Assembly (NCBI GenBank): GCA_945869845.1
Contig: CAMBRG010000005.1
Location: 522 to 64,521 of the forward strand
Source: Opitutus sp. GAS368
GTDB taxonomy: Bacteria; Verrucomicrobiota; Verrucomicrobiia; Opitutales; Opitutaceae
DNA: 64,000 nt
Reading direction: 5' to 3'
A program made the position numbers and the translations under genes. The first letter of the stretch is position 1. Every line of letters begins with the position of its first letter. Positions 1 to 8,057 of this stretch are shown piece by piece. A model generated the notes under the pieces. That model did no database searches and was not told the DNA's origin. It saw nothing but the letters and a program-made list of their open reading frames with translations.

Positions 1-75
1 GGCGGCGGTGGCGGGGACGAGCGAGCTCAGCAGCACGATGCCGGCGGCGCAGAGACGGAGGAGGTTGTTTTTCAT
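1..75 (-). CDS. 5' end of a secreted-protein gene running off the window (probably the substrate-binding protein of the adjacent sugar ABC transporter)
   Basis: The reverse complement of 1-75 reads MKNNLLRLCAAGIVLLSSLVPATAA, a typical signal peptide. Its ATG (73-75) overlaps the stop of the upstream permease as ATGA. Function is inferred only from operon position. Confidence 0.4.
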   Translation of the reverse strand, partial: MKNNLLRLCAAGIVLLSSLVPATAA

Positions 76-1145
76 GGGGGGGGAAGAAGGGGTGACGTAG
101 CGGAGGCGCGTGGGCGAAAGCCAGACCAGAGTTGCGGCATACCGCCGACGCTGAGGGCAAAGAGCAGCAAAGCACCGGTGAGCAAGCCGGACATTTCTTC
201 GGCGGCATTCATGCGCATCACGACCGGCAGACAGGCGAGGCCGTTTTTAAGGACCGCGATCGCGGCGACGCCGAGGAGCGTGCCGATTACGGAGCCCTTG
301 CCACCAAAAATACTCGTGCCGCCGAGGACGACGGCGGTGATGGCAAAGAGTTCGTAGCCCGTGCCGGCGTCGGCTTTGGCTTGGCCGAGGCGGGCGGTGT
401 AAATGATGGCGGCGAGGGCGGCGATCGACCCGGCGAGCACGTAAGCAAGGGCGAGGCGGCGGGCGACCGGGATGCCGGCGTAGCGGGCGCCTTCGGGAGA
501 AAACCCGATGGTGCGAAAGGCCCGGCCGAACGTGGTGCGATGCACGAGCACGCCGACGACGATGGCGACGGCGAATAAAATCCAAGCCTGCGTGGGTAGG
601 CCGAGCCAGCGTTCTTGGCCGAGGTAGAGAAAGCTGGCGGGGAAGTCGGTATAGGTAATGGAGCCCCGCGTGAGCGCCTCGGCGAGTCCGCGGAAAAGCG
701 AGTAGGTGCCGAGCGTCACAATTAGCGGTGGAATGCGCAGGGCGGTGATGAGGATGGCGTTAAGTCCGCCGGCGAGGGCGCCGATAACGAGGGTGAGGCC
801 GGCGGCCACCGGAATGGGGAGTCCGCCGTCGTGCCAGAGCTGGCCGAACAGAATCGCGCACAAGCCGAGGAGCGATCCGACCGAGAGATCGATGCCCGCC
901 GTGATGATGATCGGGGTGAGGGCGAGGGCCAGGAGGCCGATTTCGCAGGAGTGGCGAAGGATGTCGAACTGGCGGTCGAGGGTGCCGAAACCCACGGTGA
1001 CGCCGCGGCGGTTGACGGTGGTGCCGGCGAAATAAAAGAACAGCCAAAGAGCAATCAGCACGTAGAACAGCAGCATCTCGTGCGAGAGCAGGCGGGATTT
1101 CCAAGTGCCGGGTCCGGTAGTGGGAGCGGGCGGGGTTGCAGCCAT
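72..1145 (-). CDS. sugar ABC transporter permease (RbsC/AraH-type)
   Basis: ORF 72-1643 trimmed to the internal ATG at 1143-1145 (MAATPPAPTTGPG...). It is a multi-TM protein with the GIDLSVGS motif typical of ribose/xylose-type permeases. The discarded N-terminal part is an Arg/Pro-rich read-through overlapping the next gene. Confidence 0.85.
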   Translation of the reverse strand: MAATPPAPTTGPGTWKSRLLSHEMLLFYVLIALWLFFYFAGTTVNRRGVTVGFGTLDRQFDILRHSCEIGLLALALTPIIITAGIDLSVGSLLGLCAILFGQLWHDGGLPIPVAAGLTLVIGALAGGLNAILITALRIPPLIVTLGTYSLFRGLAEALTRGSITYTDFPASFLYLGQERWLGLPTQAWILFAVAIVVGVLVHRTTFGRAFRTIGFSPEGARYAGIPVARRLALAYVLAGSIAALAAIIYTARLGQAKADAGTGYELFAITAVVLGGTSIFGGKGSVIGTLLGVAAIAVLKNGLACLPVVMRMNAAEEMSGLLTGALLLFALSVGGMPQLWSGFRPRASATSPLLPPP

Positions 1146-1147
1146 GG

Positions 1148-2077
1148 TCAATTCCCTCCTTTGCGGCTGCGCAAGCCGTCGGCGACGACGGCGAGCAAAA
1201 TGATCGTCCCTTGAATGGCCTTTTCCCAATACGCTTCGATCCGGAGGTGGGTGAGCGCCGGTGAGATGCACGCGAGCAGGAGCAGGCCGGCGAACGCACC
1301 CCAAAGGTTGCCCCGACCACCGGAGATCGCCACGCCGCCCACGACGACGGCCGCGATCACTTTGAGTTCGAGCCCGTGGCCGGTGAGCGGTTGGACTTGC
1401 GGCGACTGCGCCAGGTTCATCATGGCGGCGAGTCCGGTCAGGGCGCCGATCGAGACAAAGACAAGAAACGTGACGAGTTGCGGGCGGATGCCGGCGAGCC
1501 GGGCGGCCTCCGCGTCCGTGCCGACCGCGTAAATGAAACGGCCGGCGGCGAGGTGGCGCATCGCGAGCGCGAGAAGGATTAAAATGACGACCGACGAGAT
1601 AACGAGCACGAGTTGACCGGTGGTTTGGCCGAGGCCGAACCATTGGATACCCTCGGGCAGATTCACGAATTCGCCTTGGCGCACGAGGTTCAGGCCTTGG
1701 CGCAGCGTGACCATCGTGGCCAGCGTAACGACGATCGACGGCAGACGCAGCCCGGCGACGAGGACGCCGTTGAAGGCGCCGAATACGGCCCCGAGCGCGA
1801 CGGACGCCGGGAGCACGAGGAGCAAGGGCCAGCCGCGGGCGGCCAACAGCCCGGCGCAGACGCTGCAGACGGAGAAAATTGAGCCGACGGAGATGTCGAT
1901 CTGGCGGCAGACAATCACGAGCGCCACGCCGCAGGCGACGACGAGGGTCGGCGCTTCGCGGGTCAGGAGCGAGAGCAGGGGCTGAGGCTGATAGAACGCG
2001 GGCGCAAAAATCGCTAGTCCGAGGAGGATCGCGCCCAACGCGCCGAGGACGGAGAGTTCGCGGAAGTAGCGTTTCAT
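1148..2077 (-). CDS. sugar ABC transporter permease (RbsC/AraH-type), second copy
   Basis: ORF 1148-2773 trimmed to the ATG at 2075-2077 (MKRYFRELSVLGALG...), which forms an ATGA overlap with the stop of the ATPase gene. It carries the QIDISVGS motif and is hydrophobic throughout. Confidence 0.85.
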   Translation of the reverse strand: MKRYFRELSVLGALGAILLGLAIFAPAFYQPQPLLSLLTREAPTLVVACGVALVIVCRQIDISVGSIFSVCSVCAGLLAARGWPLLLVLPASVALGAVFGAFNGVLVAGLRLPSIVVTLATMVTLRQGLNLVRQGEFVNLPEGIQWFGLGQTTGQLVLVISSVVILILLALAMRHLAAGRFIYAVGTDAEAARLAGIRPQLVTFLVFVSIGALTGLAAMMNLAQSPQVQPLTGHGLELKVIAAVVVGGVAISGGRGNLWGAFAGLLLLACISPALTHLRIEAYWEKAIQGTIILLAVVADGLRSRKGGN

Positions 2078-3570
2078 GCGGTGGTGCCGAGGGCGGCGGC
2101 CATGACGACGTGGGGATCGGAGCCGCCGGGTAAAATCGCGCGCAGGGTGCCGCCGCCCATCACGCCGATGCGGTCGCTCAGGCCGATGACTTCGGGGAGA
2201 TCGCTGGAGATCAAGATGACGGCGAGGCCCTCTTTTGCGAGGCGGCGGACGATCTTGTGGATCTCGCTCTTGGCGCCGACGTCGACGCCTTGAGTGGGCT
2301 CGTCGAGGATCAGGAGCTTGGGCTTGGTCGCGAGCCAGCGGGCGAGGGAAACCTTTTGCTGATTGCCGCCGGAGAGGCTGCCGCCGCGGGCTTCGGGTCC
2401 GGAGCACTTGACGGCGAGGTCGCGAATGTAATCCAAGGTGAGCGCGCGTTCGGCGCCAAAGCGGAGCCACGTCGTGGGGAAGAGGCGGCGGTGGATCGCC
2501 ATCGTCAGGTTGTGCGCGATGGGCAGATCGAGGACGACGCCATGACGCCGGCGATCCTCGGGCACATAGGCGATGCCGTGGGCGACTGCAGCTTGGGGCG
2601 TGCGCAGGGTGAGCGGTTGGCCGCCGAGGGTGATGGTACCGGAGTCGGCCGGGGTGAGGCCGAAGAGGATGCGGGCGAGCTCCGTGCGCCCGGCGCCGAC
2701 GAGACCACCGAGGCCAAAGATTTCGCCGGCGCGGACGTCGAAGGAGACGTTGCTTACGCCGGACGAACGACAACCCAACTGGTTGAGCGAAAGGACCACG
2801 GCGCCGGGGGCGGATTCGGCGGCGGGATAGATCGGCGCGACCTCGCGGCCCACCATCAGGCGAATGAGGCCGGCTTCGTCGATGCCGGCGACGGGATGCG
2901 TGCCGACGCTCTGACCGTCGCGGAGGACGGTGACGCGGTCGGCGAGGGCGAAGATTTCTTCGAGGCGGTGGGAGATGTAGATGACGCCGACGCCGTTTTT
3001 ACGCAGGTCGCGAACGACGCCAAAGAGGAGGTGCTGTTCCTTTTGGGTGAGCGAGGCGGTGGGCTCGTCCATGATGACGATGCGGGCACCGGACCCGAGG
3101 GCGCAGGCAATTTCCACGAGCTGTTGCTCGGGCATCGAGAGCGAGCGGACCTCGGCGTCGGGCGAAATCTCCGCGCCGATGCGGGCGAGGAGCCTCGTCG
3201 CGCGGGCGCGGCAATCCGACCAGCGCATCCGGGCGGCAGGAGACGGGACGTTGAGGCGGAGGGCGAGATTCTCAGCGACGGTGAGATCGGGAAACAGCGC
3301 GGGCTGTTGATAAATACAGGCGATGCCGAGGGCGCGGGCGGTGGCGGGGGTGAGACCGGAAACGGTTTGGCCGGCGAGCGTGATCGTGCCGCCGTTGGGT
3401 GCGTGGGCACCGGTGACGACTTTGATGAGGGTCGATTTGCCCGCGCCGTTTTCACCGAGGAGGGCGTGGACTTCGCCGGCCCGGAGGTCGAAATCAACTC
3501 CCCGCAAAGCTCGAACCCCGCCGTAGTTCTTTACGAGCTGACGAAGTTCGAGGAGCGGAGCGGGTGACAT
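2074..3570 (-). CDS. sugar ABC transporter ATP-binding protein, duplicated ATPase domains (RbsA/MglA/XylG-like)
   Basis: 498 aa. Walker A motifs GENGAGKST and GLVGAGRTE, and the ABC signature LSGGNQQK, indicate two fused nucleotide-binding domains. Confidence 0.9.
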   Translation of the reverse strand: MSPAPLLELRQLVKNYGGVRALRGVDFDLRAGEVHALLGENGAGKSTLIKVVTGAHAPNGGTITLAGQTVSGLTPATARALGIACIYQQPALFPDLTVAENLALRLNVPSPAARMRWSDCRARATRLLARIGAEISPDAEVRSLSMPEQQLVEIACALGSGARIVIMDEPTASLTQKEQHLLFGVVRDLRKNGVGVIYISHRLEEIFALADRVTVLRDGQSVGTHPVAGIDEAGLIRLMVGREVAPIYPAAESAPGAVVLSLNQLGCRSSGVSNVSFDVRAGEIFGLGGLVGAGRTELARILFGLTPADSGTITLGGQPLTLRTPQAAVAHGIAYVPEDRRRHGVVLDLPIAHNLTMAIHRRLFPTTWLRFGAERALTLDYIRDLAVKCSGPEARGGSLSGGNQQKVSLARWLATKPKLLILDEPTQGVDVGAKSEIHKIVRRLAKEGLAVILISSDLPEVIGLSDRIGVMGGGTLRAILPGGSDPHVVMAAALGTTA

Positions 3571-3632
3571 GCGGCGGACGAAAACGATAACGTGTTGGGC
3601 GAGCCCAGCAATTTTTGAGCGCGTGGAAAGCG

Positions 3633-4109
3633 CTAACTTACGCTCGGGCGGTCCCGGAGTGGGGCCAAGTCGGGATCGGTTTCGGCGGCGGCGCGAAAGA
3701 GCGGTTCGAGGGCGATGGCGGCGTCGACGCGGGCGCGGGCTTCAGCGAGGTCGCCGCGTTGGCAGGCATAGCAGCCGAGGTTGAACTGAATCGTAGCCTC
3801 GGCGGGATGACGGAGCTCGGCCTCGCGGAGGATGGCCTCGGCCTCGGTCAGCGACCGGGCGCGGCGAGTCGCGTAGGCGAAGGTGATCCAGGCTCCGGCG
3901 TTGGCGGGCTGGCGGCGGACGAGCTCGGCGGCGACGTTACAGAGCTCGATCCAGTGACCTTGCTCGCGGAGGATAATGAGACGGAGACCGAGGACCTCAT
4001 CGCCGTTAGCCGATCCGGCGGGAAGTTGGTCGAGCTCGGCGGCGGCCTCGGCGAGGAGGCCGAGTTCGATGTAGCCGCGGGCGTGGGAAAGAAGCCAGCG
4101 CGGTTGCAT
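3633..4109 (-). CDS. tetratricopeptide (TPR) repeat protein
   Basis: 158 aa with Ala/Leu-rich helical repeats (...AEAILREAELRHPAEATIQFNLGCYACQRGDLAEARARVDAAIALEP...) typical of TPR. Confidence 0.6.
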   Translation of the reverse strand: MQPRWLLSHARGYIELGLLAEAAAELDQLPAGSANGDEVLGLRLIILREQGHWIELCNVAAELVRRQPANAGAWITFAYATRRARSLTEAEAILREAELRHPAEATIQFNLGCYACQRGDLAEARARVDAAIALEPLFRAAAETDPDLAPLRDRPSVS

Positions 4110-4130
4110 CGAGGCGCGTGGCTGGCGGGC

Positions 4131-4652
4131 TTAGGCGGATTTGAGCAGACAGCACTGCTTGTATTTGCGACCGCTGCCGCAGGAGCAGGGGTCGTTGCGG
4201 CCGGGTTTGACGGCGGCCTTAATCGGAGCGGGACCGGTGCGAACGGGGCGGGTGTAGATCCAACCATCCGCGCGGCGGCGGAATTCGGCGCGCTCCTCGA
4301 GCACGTGCTCGTTGCCCGATTCGACGTAGAAGGCGGAGAATTCGACGAACGAAAGATTGGGCTGCACGTCGGGCTCGTGACGATGGATGACGAGACGAGA
4401 CCAACCGATGGACGGCTCGTCGGGGAGCTCAACGTAAGCCTCGCTGGCGGTGCCGGCGTAGGAGCGATGGAGGTGGACGTAATCGCGCGCGACGTGCGCG
4501 GTGAAGCGCGACCGCATGAGCTCTTCGGCGTTGGCGGCGGGTCGCTTACCGGTAAGGATGGGCTCGCAGCACTCCTCATAAACTTTACCGCTGCCGCAGG
4601 AGCAGGGCTGACCACGTTGCGGGGGCGGAAGAGCGGCGAGTGAGTTCGACAT
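4131..4652 (-). CDS. SEC-C metal-binding motif protein, YchJ/UPF0225-like
   Basis: ORF 4131-4769 trimmed to the ATG at 4650-4652 ([11 protein letters not shown]...). SEC-C motifs occur at both ends ([13 protein letters not shown] and [13 protein letters not shown]), flanking an NTF2-like middle region. Confidence 0.75.
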   Translation of the reverse strand: MSNSLAALPPPQRGQPCSCGSGKVYEECCEPILTGKRPAANAEELMRSRFTAHVARDYVHLHRSYAGTASEAYVELPDEPSIGWSRLVIHRHEPDVQPNLSFVEFSAFYVESGNEHVLEERAEFRRRADGWIYTRPVRTGPAPIKAAVKPGRNDPCSCGSGRKYKQCCLLKSA

Positions 4653-4967
4653 CGCTTGAGAGGTAGGCTTCGGGCGGCGTGCGATGCGAGCCTGAAGCGG
4701 AGTGCGAGGTTCACGCGGCGCGCGTCCCGCTGCGCTTGGCCGGCAATGCGGCGGCGGGCTGGTGGGCACTCAGCTGGGGGCTGAGGCTGAGCACGAGAAA
4801 ATCATGTTGCGGCGCATAGGCGGGCTCGGGCGCGGCGATTTTTGTCCCGGCGGTGAAGCTGAGGATCGGACGACGGGCGGTGAGGGCGGGGTGGGGCTGA
4901 TACGGTTGCATCGGATATGGCGTGTTTTGGTTTTTGAAAACCCGCCCGAGACCGAACCGCAGAGGCT

Positions 4968-5000
4968 AAAAAAAGCCCCTCCGGTGCGGCACCGGAGGGG
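4968..5000 (-). terminator. intrinsic terminator-like hairpin (functional orientation is the minus strand)
   Basis: Perfect hairpin CCCCTCCGGTGC-G-GCACCGGAGGGG at 4976-5000. It is preceded on the + strand by A7 (4968-4974), which is a T7 tail on the minus strand. Confidence 0.6.
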
Positions 5001-5289
5001 CGAAAGTCGTTAAGACAGATCAGGCCCCCCGCGCCGCGCGGCGAATGGATACGGATACGACGGAGCCTACGACCACGGAAGCGTGGGCGAGCGGGGAGGC
5101 CATGATCGTCGTGCCGAGAAGATTCATTTAATTGATGGAAAAAGTTTGAGGGGAGGAATGATGTCAAGGCCGTCTTCGGTCGGCACGATTTGGGCGCACT
5201 ACGCCGGAGTGTGGGACGTTTTGAGGGGCGGCGATGACGGCCGCACCGCTGCCGAATCGGGCGGCACCCAAGTGTAACGGGGGGGGCGC

Positions 5290-5319
5290 TTGACAGCGTT
5301 CGAGTGGCACGAGTATTGC
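5290..5319 (+). promoter_or_regulatory. candidate sigma70-like promoter of the HNH gene
   Basis: TTGACA at 5290-5295, followed 18 nt later by TATTGC (5314-5319). The -10 element is weak. If used, it implies a nearly leaderless mRNA starting just before the ATG at 5331. Confidence 0.3.
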
Positions 5320-5330
5320 GATCATCCCGT

Positions 5331-5951
5331 ATGGACGTTGCTCTCGACCAACCGGTGCTGGTTTTGAATCGCTTGTGGCAAGCCGTGAATGTGATCGGCG
5401 CCCGGAGGGCGTTCGCCTTGCTCTCGCGCGGGCACGCGCACGTGGTGCACCATCACGACGACGATTTCCGGATGTTTTCGATGATGGACTGGATCGATTT
5501 TTCGGCGAGCAACCCACCGGTGGCGGCGATCGAGACGGTGAACACGCCGACGCGCGCGATCCGACTGCCGCGCGTGATTTTGCTCACGTTTTTCGATAAA
5601 CTGCCGTGCAAGGAATTGAAACTGACGCGGGGCAACGTCTTCGACCGCGATAAGAACACGTGCCAGTATTGCTCGCGGATTTTGCCGCGGGAGCAGCTCA
5701 ATCTCGATCACGTGATTCCACGTGATGCGGGTGGGAAGACGACGTGGGAAAACATCGTGTGCTCGTGCATCAAGTGCAATTCACGGAAGGCAAACCGCCT
5801 GCCGCACGACGCGCACATGCGACTCATCCGGAAACCGGTGCGGCCAAAGTGGCGTCCGGTGATCTCGCTCGTGCTGGGCAACCAGAAGCAGCACGAGGTG
5901 TGGAAAGATTTCCTCGACGTGGCGTATTGGAACGTCGAGCTGGAGGACTGA
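5331..5951 (+). CDS. HNH endonuclease
   Basis: HNH motif CQYCSRILPREQLNLDHVIPRDAGGKTTWENIVCSCIKCNSRKAN. The track ORF begins at GTG 5304; the ATG at 5331 (MDVALDQPVLVLNRLW...) is preferred, but the start is uncertain by 27 nt. Confidence 0.8.
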   Translation: MDVALDQPVLVLNRLWQAVNVIGARRAFALLSRGHAHVVHHHDDDFRMFSMMDWIDFSASNPPVAAIETVNTPTRAIRLPRVILLTFFDKLPCKELKLTRGNVFDRDKNTCQYCSRILPREQLNLDHVIPRDAGGKTTWENIVCSCIKCNSRKANRLPHDAHMRLIRKPVRPKWRPVISLVLGNQKQHEVWKDFLDVAYWNVELED

Positions 5952-5957
5952 GGCGTT

Positions 5958-6215
5958 TTACTGCTCCGGCTTGGCGGATTTCTGCCGGACGATGAGGAGA
6001 AGGATGGCCGTGGCGATCAGGTTGACCGAGGCCAAGGCGACGCGGCCGGCCATCGGGATTTTTGGACTCGGCAGGAGCAAAAGCACGATCGAGCACCCGA
6101 CCAGCAATCCACATGCGAGGTAGATGGTGGTGCGTTGACGAGGCGTGGGCGAATAGACCTCGGCCGGGGACGCGGGTGGGGACGGAGGGGAATTGGGTTC
6201 GATGGGGGCGGACAT
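5958..6215 (-). CDS. small membrane protein (two predicted TM helices), unknown function
   Basis: 85 aa with a Pro/Ser-rich N-terminus followed by two hydrophobic stretches (IYLACGLLVGCSIVLLLL and VALASVNLIATAILLLIV). It is convergent with the HNH gene. No recognisable family. Confidence 0.45.
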   Translation of the reverse strand: MSAPIEPNSPPSPPASPAEVYSPTPRQRTTIYLACGLLVGCSIVLLLLPSPKIPMAGRVALASVNLIATAILLLIVRQKSAKPEQ

Positions 6216-6250
6216 GAAGGGAAGTGGAGGTGAGGACGGTGGGAGGGCGA

Positions 6251-7963
6251 TTAAGCGAGCGGAAGCGTAAGGCGCATCGTGGTGCCGGCGGGACTGCTGG
6301 TCACCAGCGTGAGGTCGCCGTAGTGGGAGTTGAGCACGCGTTTGGCGATGGCGAGGCCCAAGCCGGTGCCGCCGGGGCGGCCGGAGAGGAAGGAGTCGAA
6401 GATGCGGTCGCGAATGTTGTCGGGGATGCCCGTGCCGGTGTCGCTGAGTTCGACGACGGCGACGGGACCGGATGCGCGGAGTTGGGCGTCGAGGGTGAGG
6501 GTGATGGTGCCACCGTCGGGCATGGCCTGCATGGAATTGATGATGAGGTTGAGCAGCACCTGTTGAAGCTGACCCTGTTGACCCTCGACCACGAGCGGGC
6601 GGAGCGGGGGCTCGAAGCGGAGATCAATTTTACTTTGGGCGAGTTTCAGGCGGAGCAGGACGAGGGTGTCCTCGATGATTTCCTGCAGCGGGCAACGGGT
6701 GTGGAGACTGTTGGGGGCTTTGGCGAAATTCAGCACGCGGGTGACGATCGCTTCGAGTTGGTCGAGCTTTTCGCCGATGACGCGCATGTCGGTGCGGCGC
6801 GGATCGTCGGGGGCGAAATCGACGCCGAGGCCGCCGTGGAGAAGTTTGAGGACGGTGAGGGGATTGCGAATCTCGTGGGCGATTTCAGCTGCGAGGAGGC
6901 CCAGGGTAGTGAGGCGCTCGTTTTTGCGGAGGGAATCTTCGCTTTGAAAAACGCGGGTGTAGAGGCGGGAGTTTTGCAGGGCGACGGCACCGAGCGAGGC
7001 AAGGGCGGCGAGAAGACGTTTTTCGTCGTTGTCGAAGCGGTGCAGTCGTTCGGTGAAGACGGCGAGCACGCCGAGCACTTCGCCCTCGTAAAGCAAAGGA
7101 GTCGCCAAGACGGAGATTAACGCCGGATCGCCGGGCAGATCGACGAGGTCAAAATAATCGGGTGTGCGAATATTGGCAAAGGAGACGGCGCGGCGGGTGT
7201 GGACGACGGCGGCAAAGGCGCAGGAATCGAGCGGCATGTCACCCGGGGGCAGGGGAGTGGCGACCACGCTGGTCAGGGAGGCGCAGCGCAGGGTGATGCT
7301 GGCGGGGTTGTAGAGGTAGAGGGCGCAGGCGCGGGCGGCGACCACTTGGCGGGCATCGCGCGTGAGCGAGTCGAAGAGGGCCTGCGGTTCGAGTTTGGCG
7401 ACGAGCGATTTGCCGGTGGTGATCAGGGTTTCAAGTTGGCGGGCTTTGGCCTTGAGATGGCCGATTTGCCAAAGACGTTGGAGTACGGCGGTGGCTTCGG
7501 CGGTGAAGCGCACGAGCAAGGCGAGATCGCTGTGGGTAAAGCGGTCCACCGTGTCGTGGTCGATGCAGATGACGCCGATGACCTGACCATGGTCTTCCAT
7601 GGGCACGGCCATTTCCGTAGCGGTGGTGGGGCGGATGCGCACGTAACGCAGGTCACGGCTGACATCGGTCACGAGTTGGGCGCGGGCGTGAAAAGCGGCC
7701 CAGCCGGTCACCCCTTGGCCCAGGCGCAAGGCGACTTCGCGGTAGTCGGCAGGCAGGCCGATCTGAGTTTCAATCTCGAGTCGGCCGGTGTCGGGATTGA
7801 GCAGAGAAATCGTGCCGGCCGAGGCGTTAAAGTGGGTGATGAGTTCGCCGAGAATGCGAGGCAGCACGACGTTGGGTTCATCGCTTTGAAAGCCCAGGGA
7901 CGCGATTCGGCCCAGGGTGGCTTGGTCGGCTAAGGTGAGAGCGAGGACGGATTCCACGATCAA
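6251..7963 (-). CDS. sensor histidine kinase with two GAF domains (GAF-GAF-HisKA-HATPase_c)
   Basis: 570 aa. H-box LAAEIAHEIRNPLT, and a C-terminal ATPase region with DTGTGIP and GGTGLGLAI. The N-terminal two thirds is GAF-like. The start is TTG at 7963, with an alternative GTG at 7957. Confidence 0.85.
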   Translation of the reverse strand: MIVESVLALTLADQATLGRIASLGFQSDEPNVVLPRILGELITHFNASAGTISLLNPDTGRLEIETQIGLPADYREVALRLGQGVTGWAAFHARAQLVTDVSRDLRYVRIRPTTATEMAVPMEDHGQVIGVICIDHDTVDRFTHSDLALLVRFTAEATAVLQRLWQIGHLKAKARQLETLITTGKSLVAKLEPQALFDSLTRDARQVVAARACALYLYNPASITLRCASLTSVVATPLPPGDMPLDSCAFAAVVHTRRAVSFANIRTPDYFDLVDLPGDPALISVLATPLLYEGEVLGVLAVFTERLHRFDNDEKRLLAALASLGAVALQNSRLYTRVFQSEDSLRKNERLTTLGLLAAEIAHEIRNPLTVLKLLHGGLGVDFAPDDPRRTDMRVIGEKLDQLEAIVTRVLNFAKAPNSLHTRCPLQEIIEDTLVLLRLKLAQSKIDLRFEPPLRPLVVEGQQGQLQQVLLNLIINSMQAMPDGGTITLTLDAQLRASGPVAVVELSDTGTGIPDNIRDRIFDSFLSGRPGGTGLGLAIAKRVLNSHYGDLTLVTSSPAGTTMRLTLPLA

Positions 7964-8057
7964 CAGAATTGGCGAAACGACAGGAATGACCAGAATTTCT
8001 GACGGCGCGCCGAACGCGGCAGCCCCGGGAAAACGAACGATCGCAGCGGGCGACGGA

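Noticed and set aside
72-2773. N-terminally extended versions of the two ABC permeases (523 and 541 aa) as given in the ORF track; the same problem applies to 37630-39522
   Set aside because: The extensions are Arg/Pro-rich, overlap the upstream gene, and lack TM segments. Internal ATGs that form ATGA overlaps or 2-nt gaps with the upstream stop give normal-length proteins.
2257-3567. 436-aa ORF on the + strand
   Set aside because: It lies entirely antisense to the ABC ATPase gene, which has unambiguous Walker and signature motifs. The translation is Gly/Asp/Ala-rich with no recognisable domain.
3615-4643. 342-aa ORF on the + strand
   Set aside because: It is antisense to the TPR and SEC-C genes. 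Its Gly/Ala/Glu-rich low-complexity translation has no motifs. It is a typical high-GC shadow ORF.
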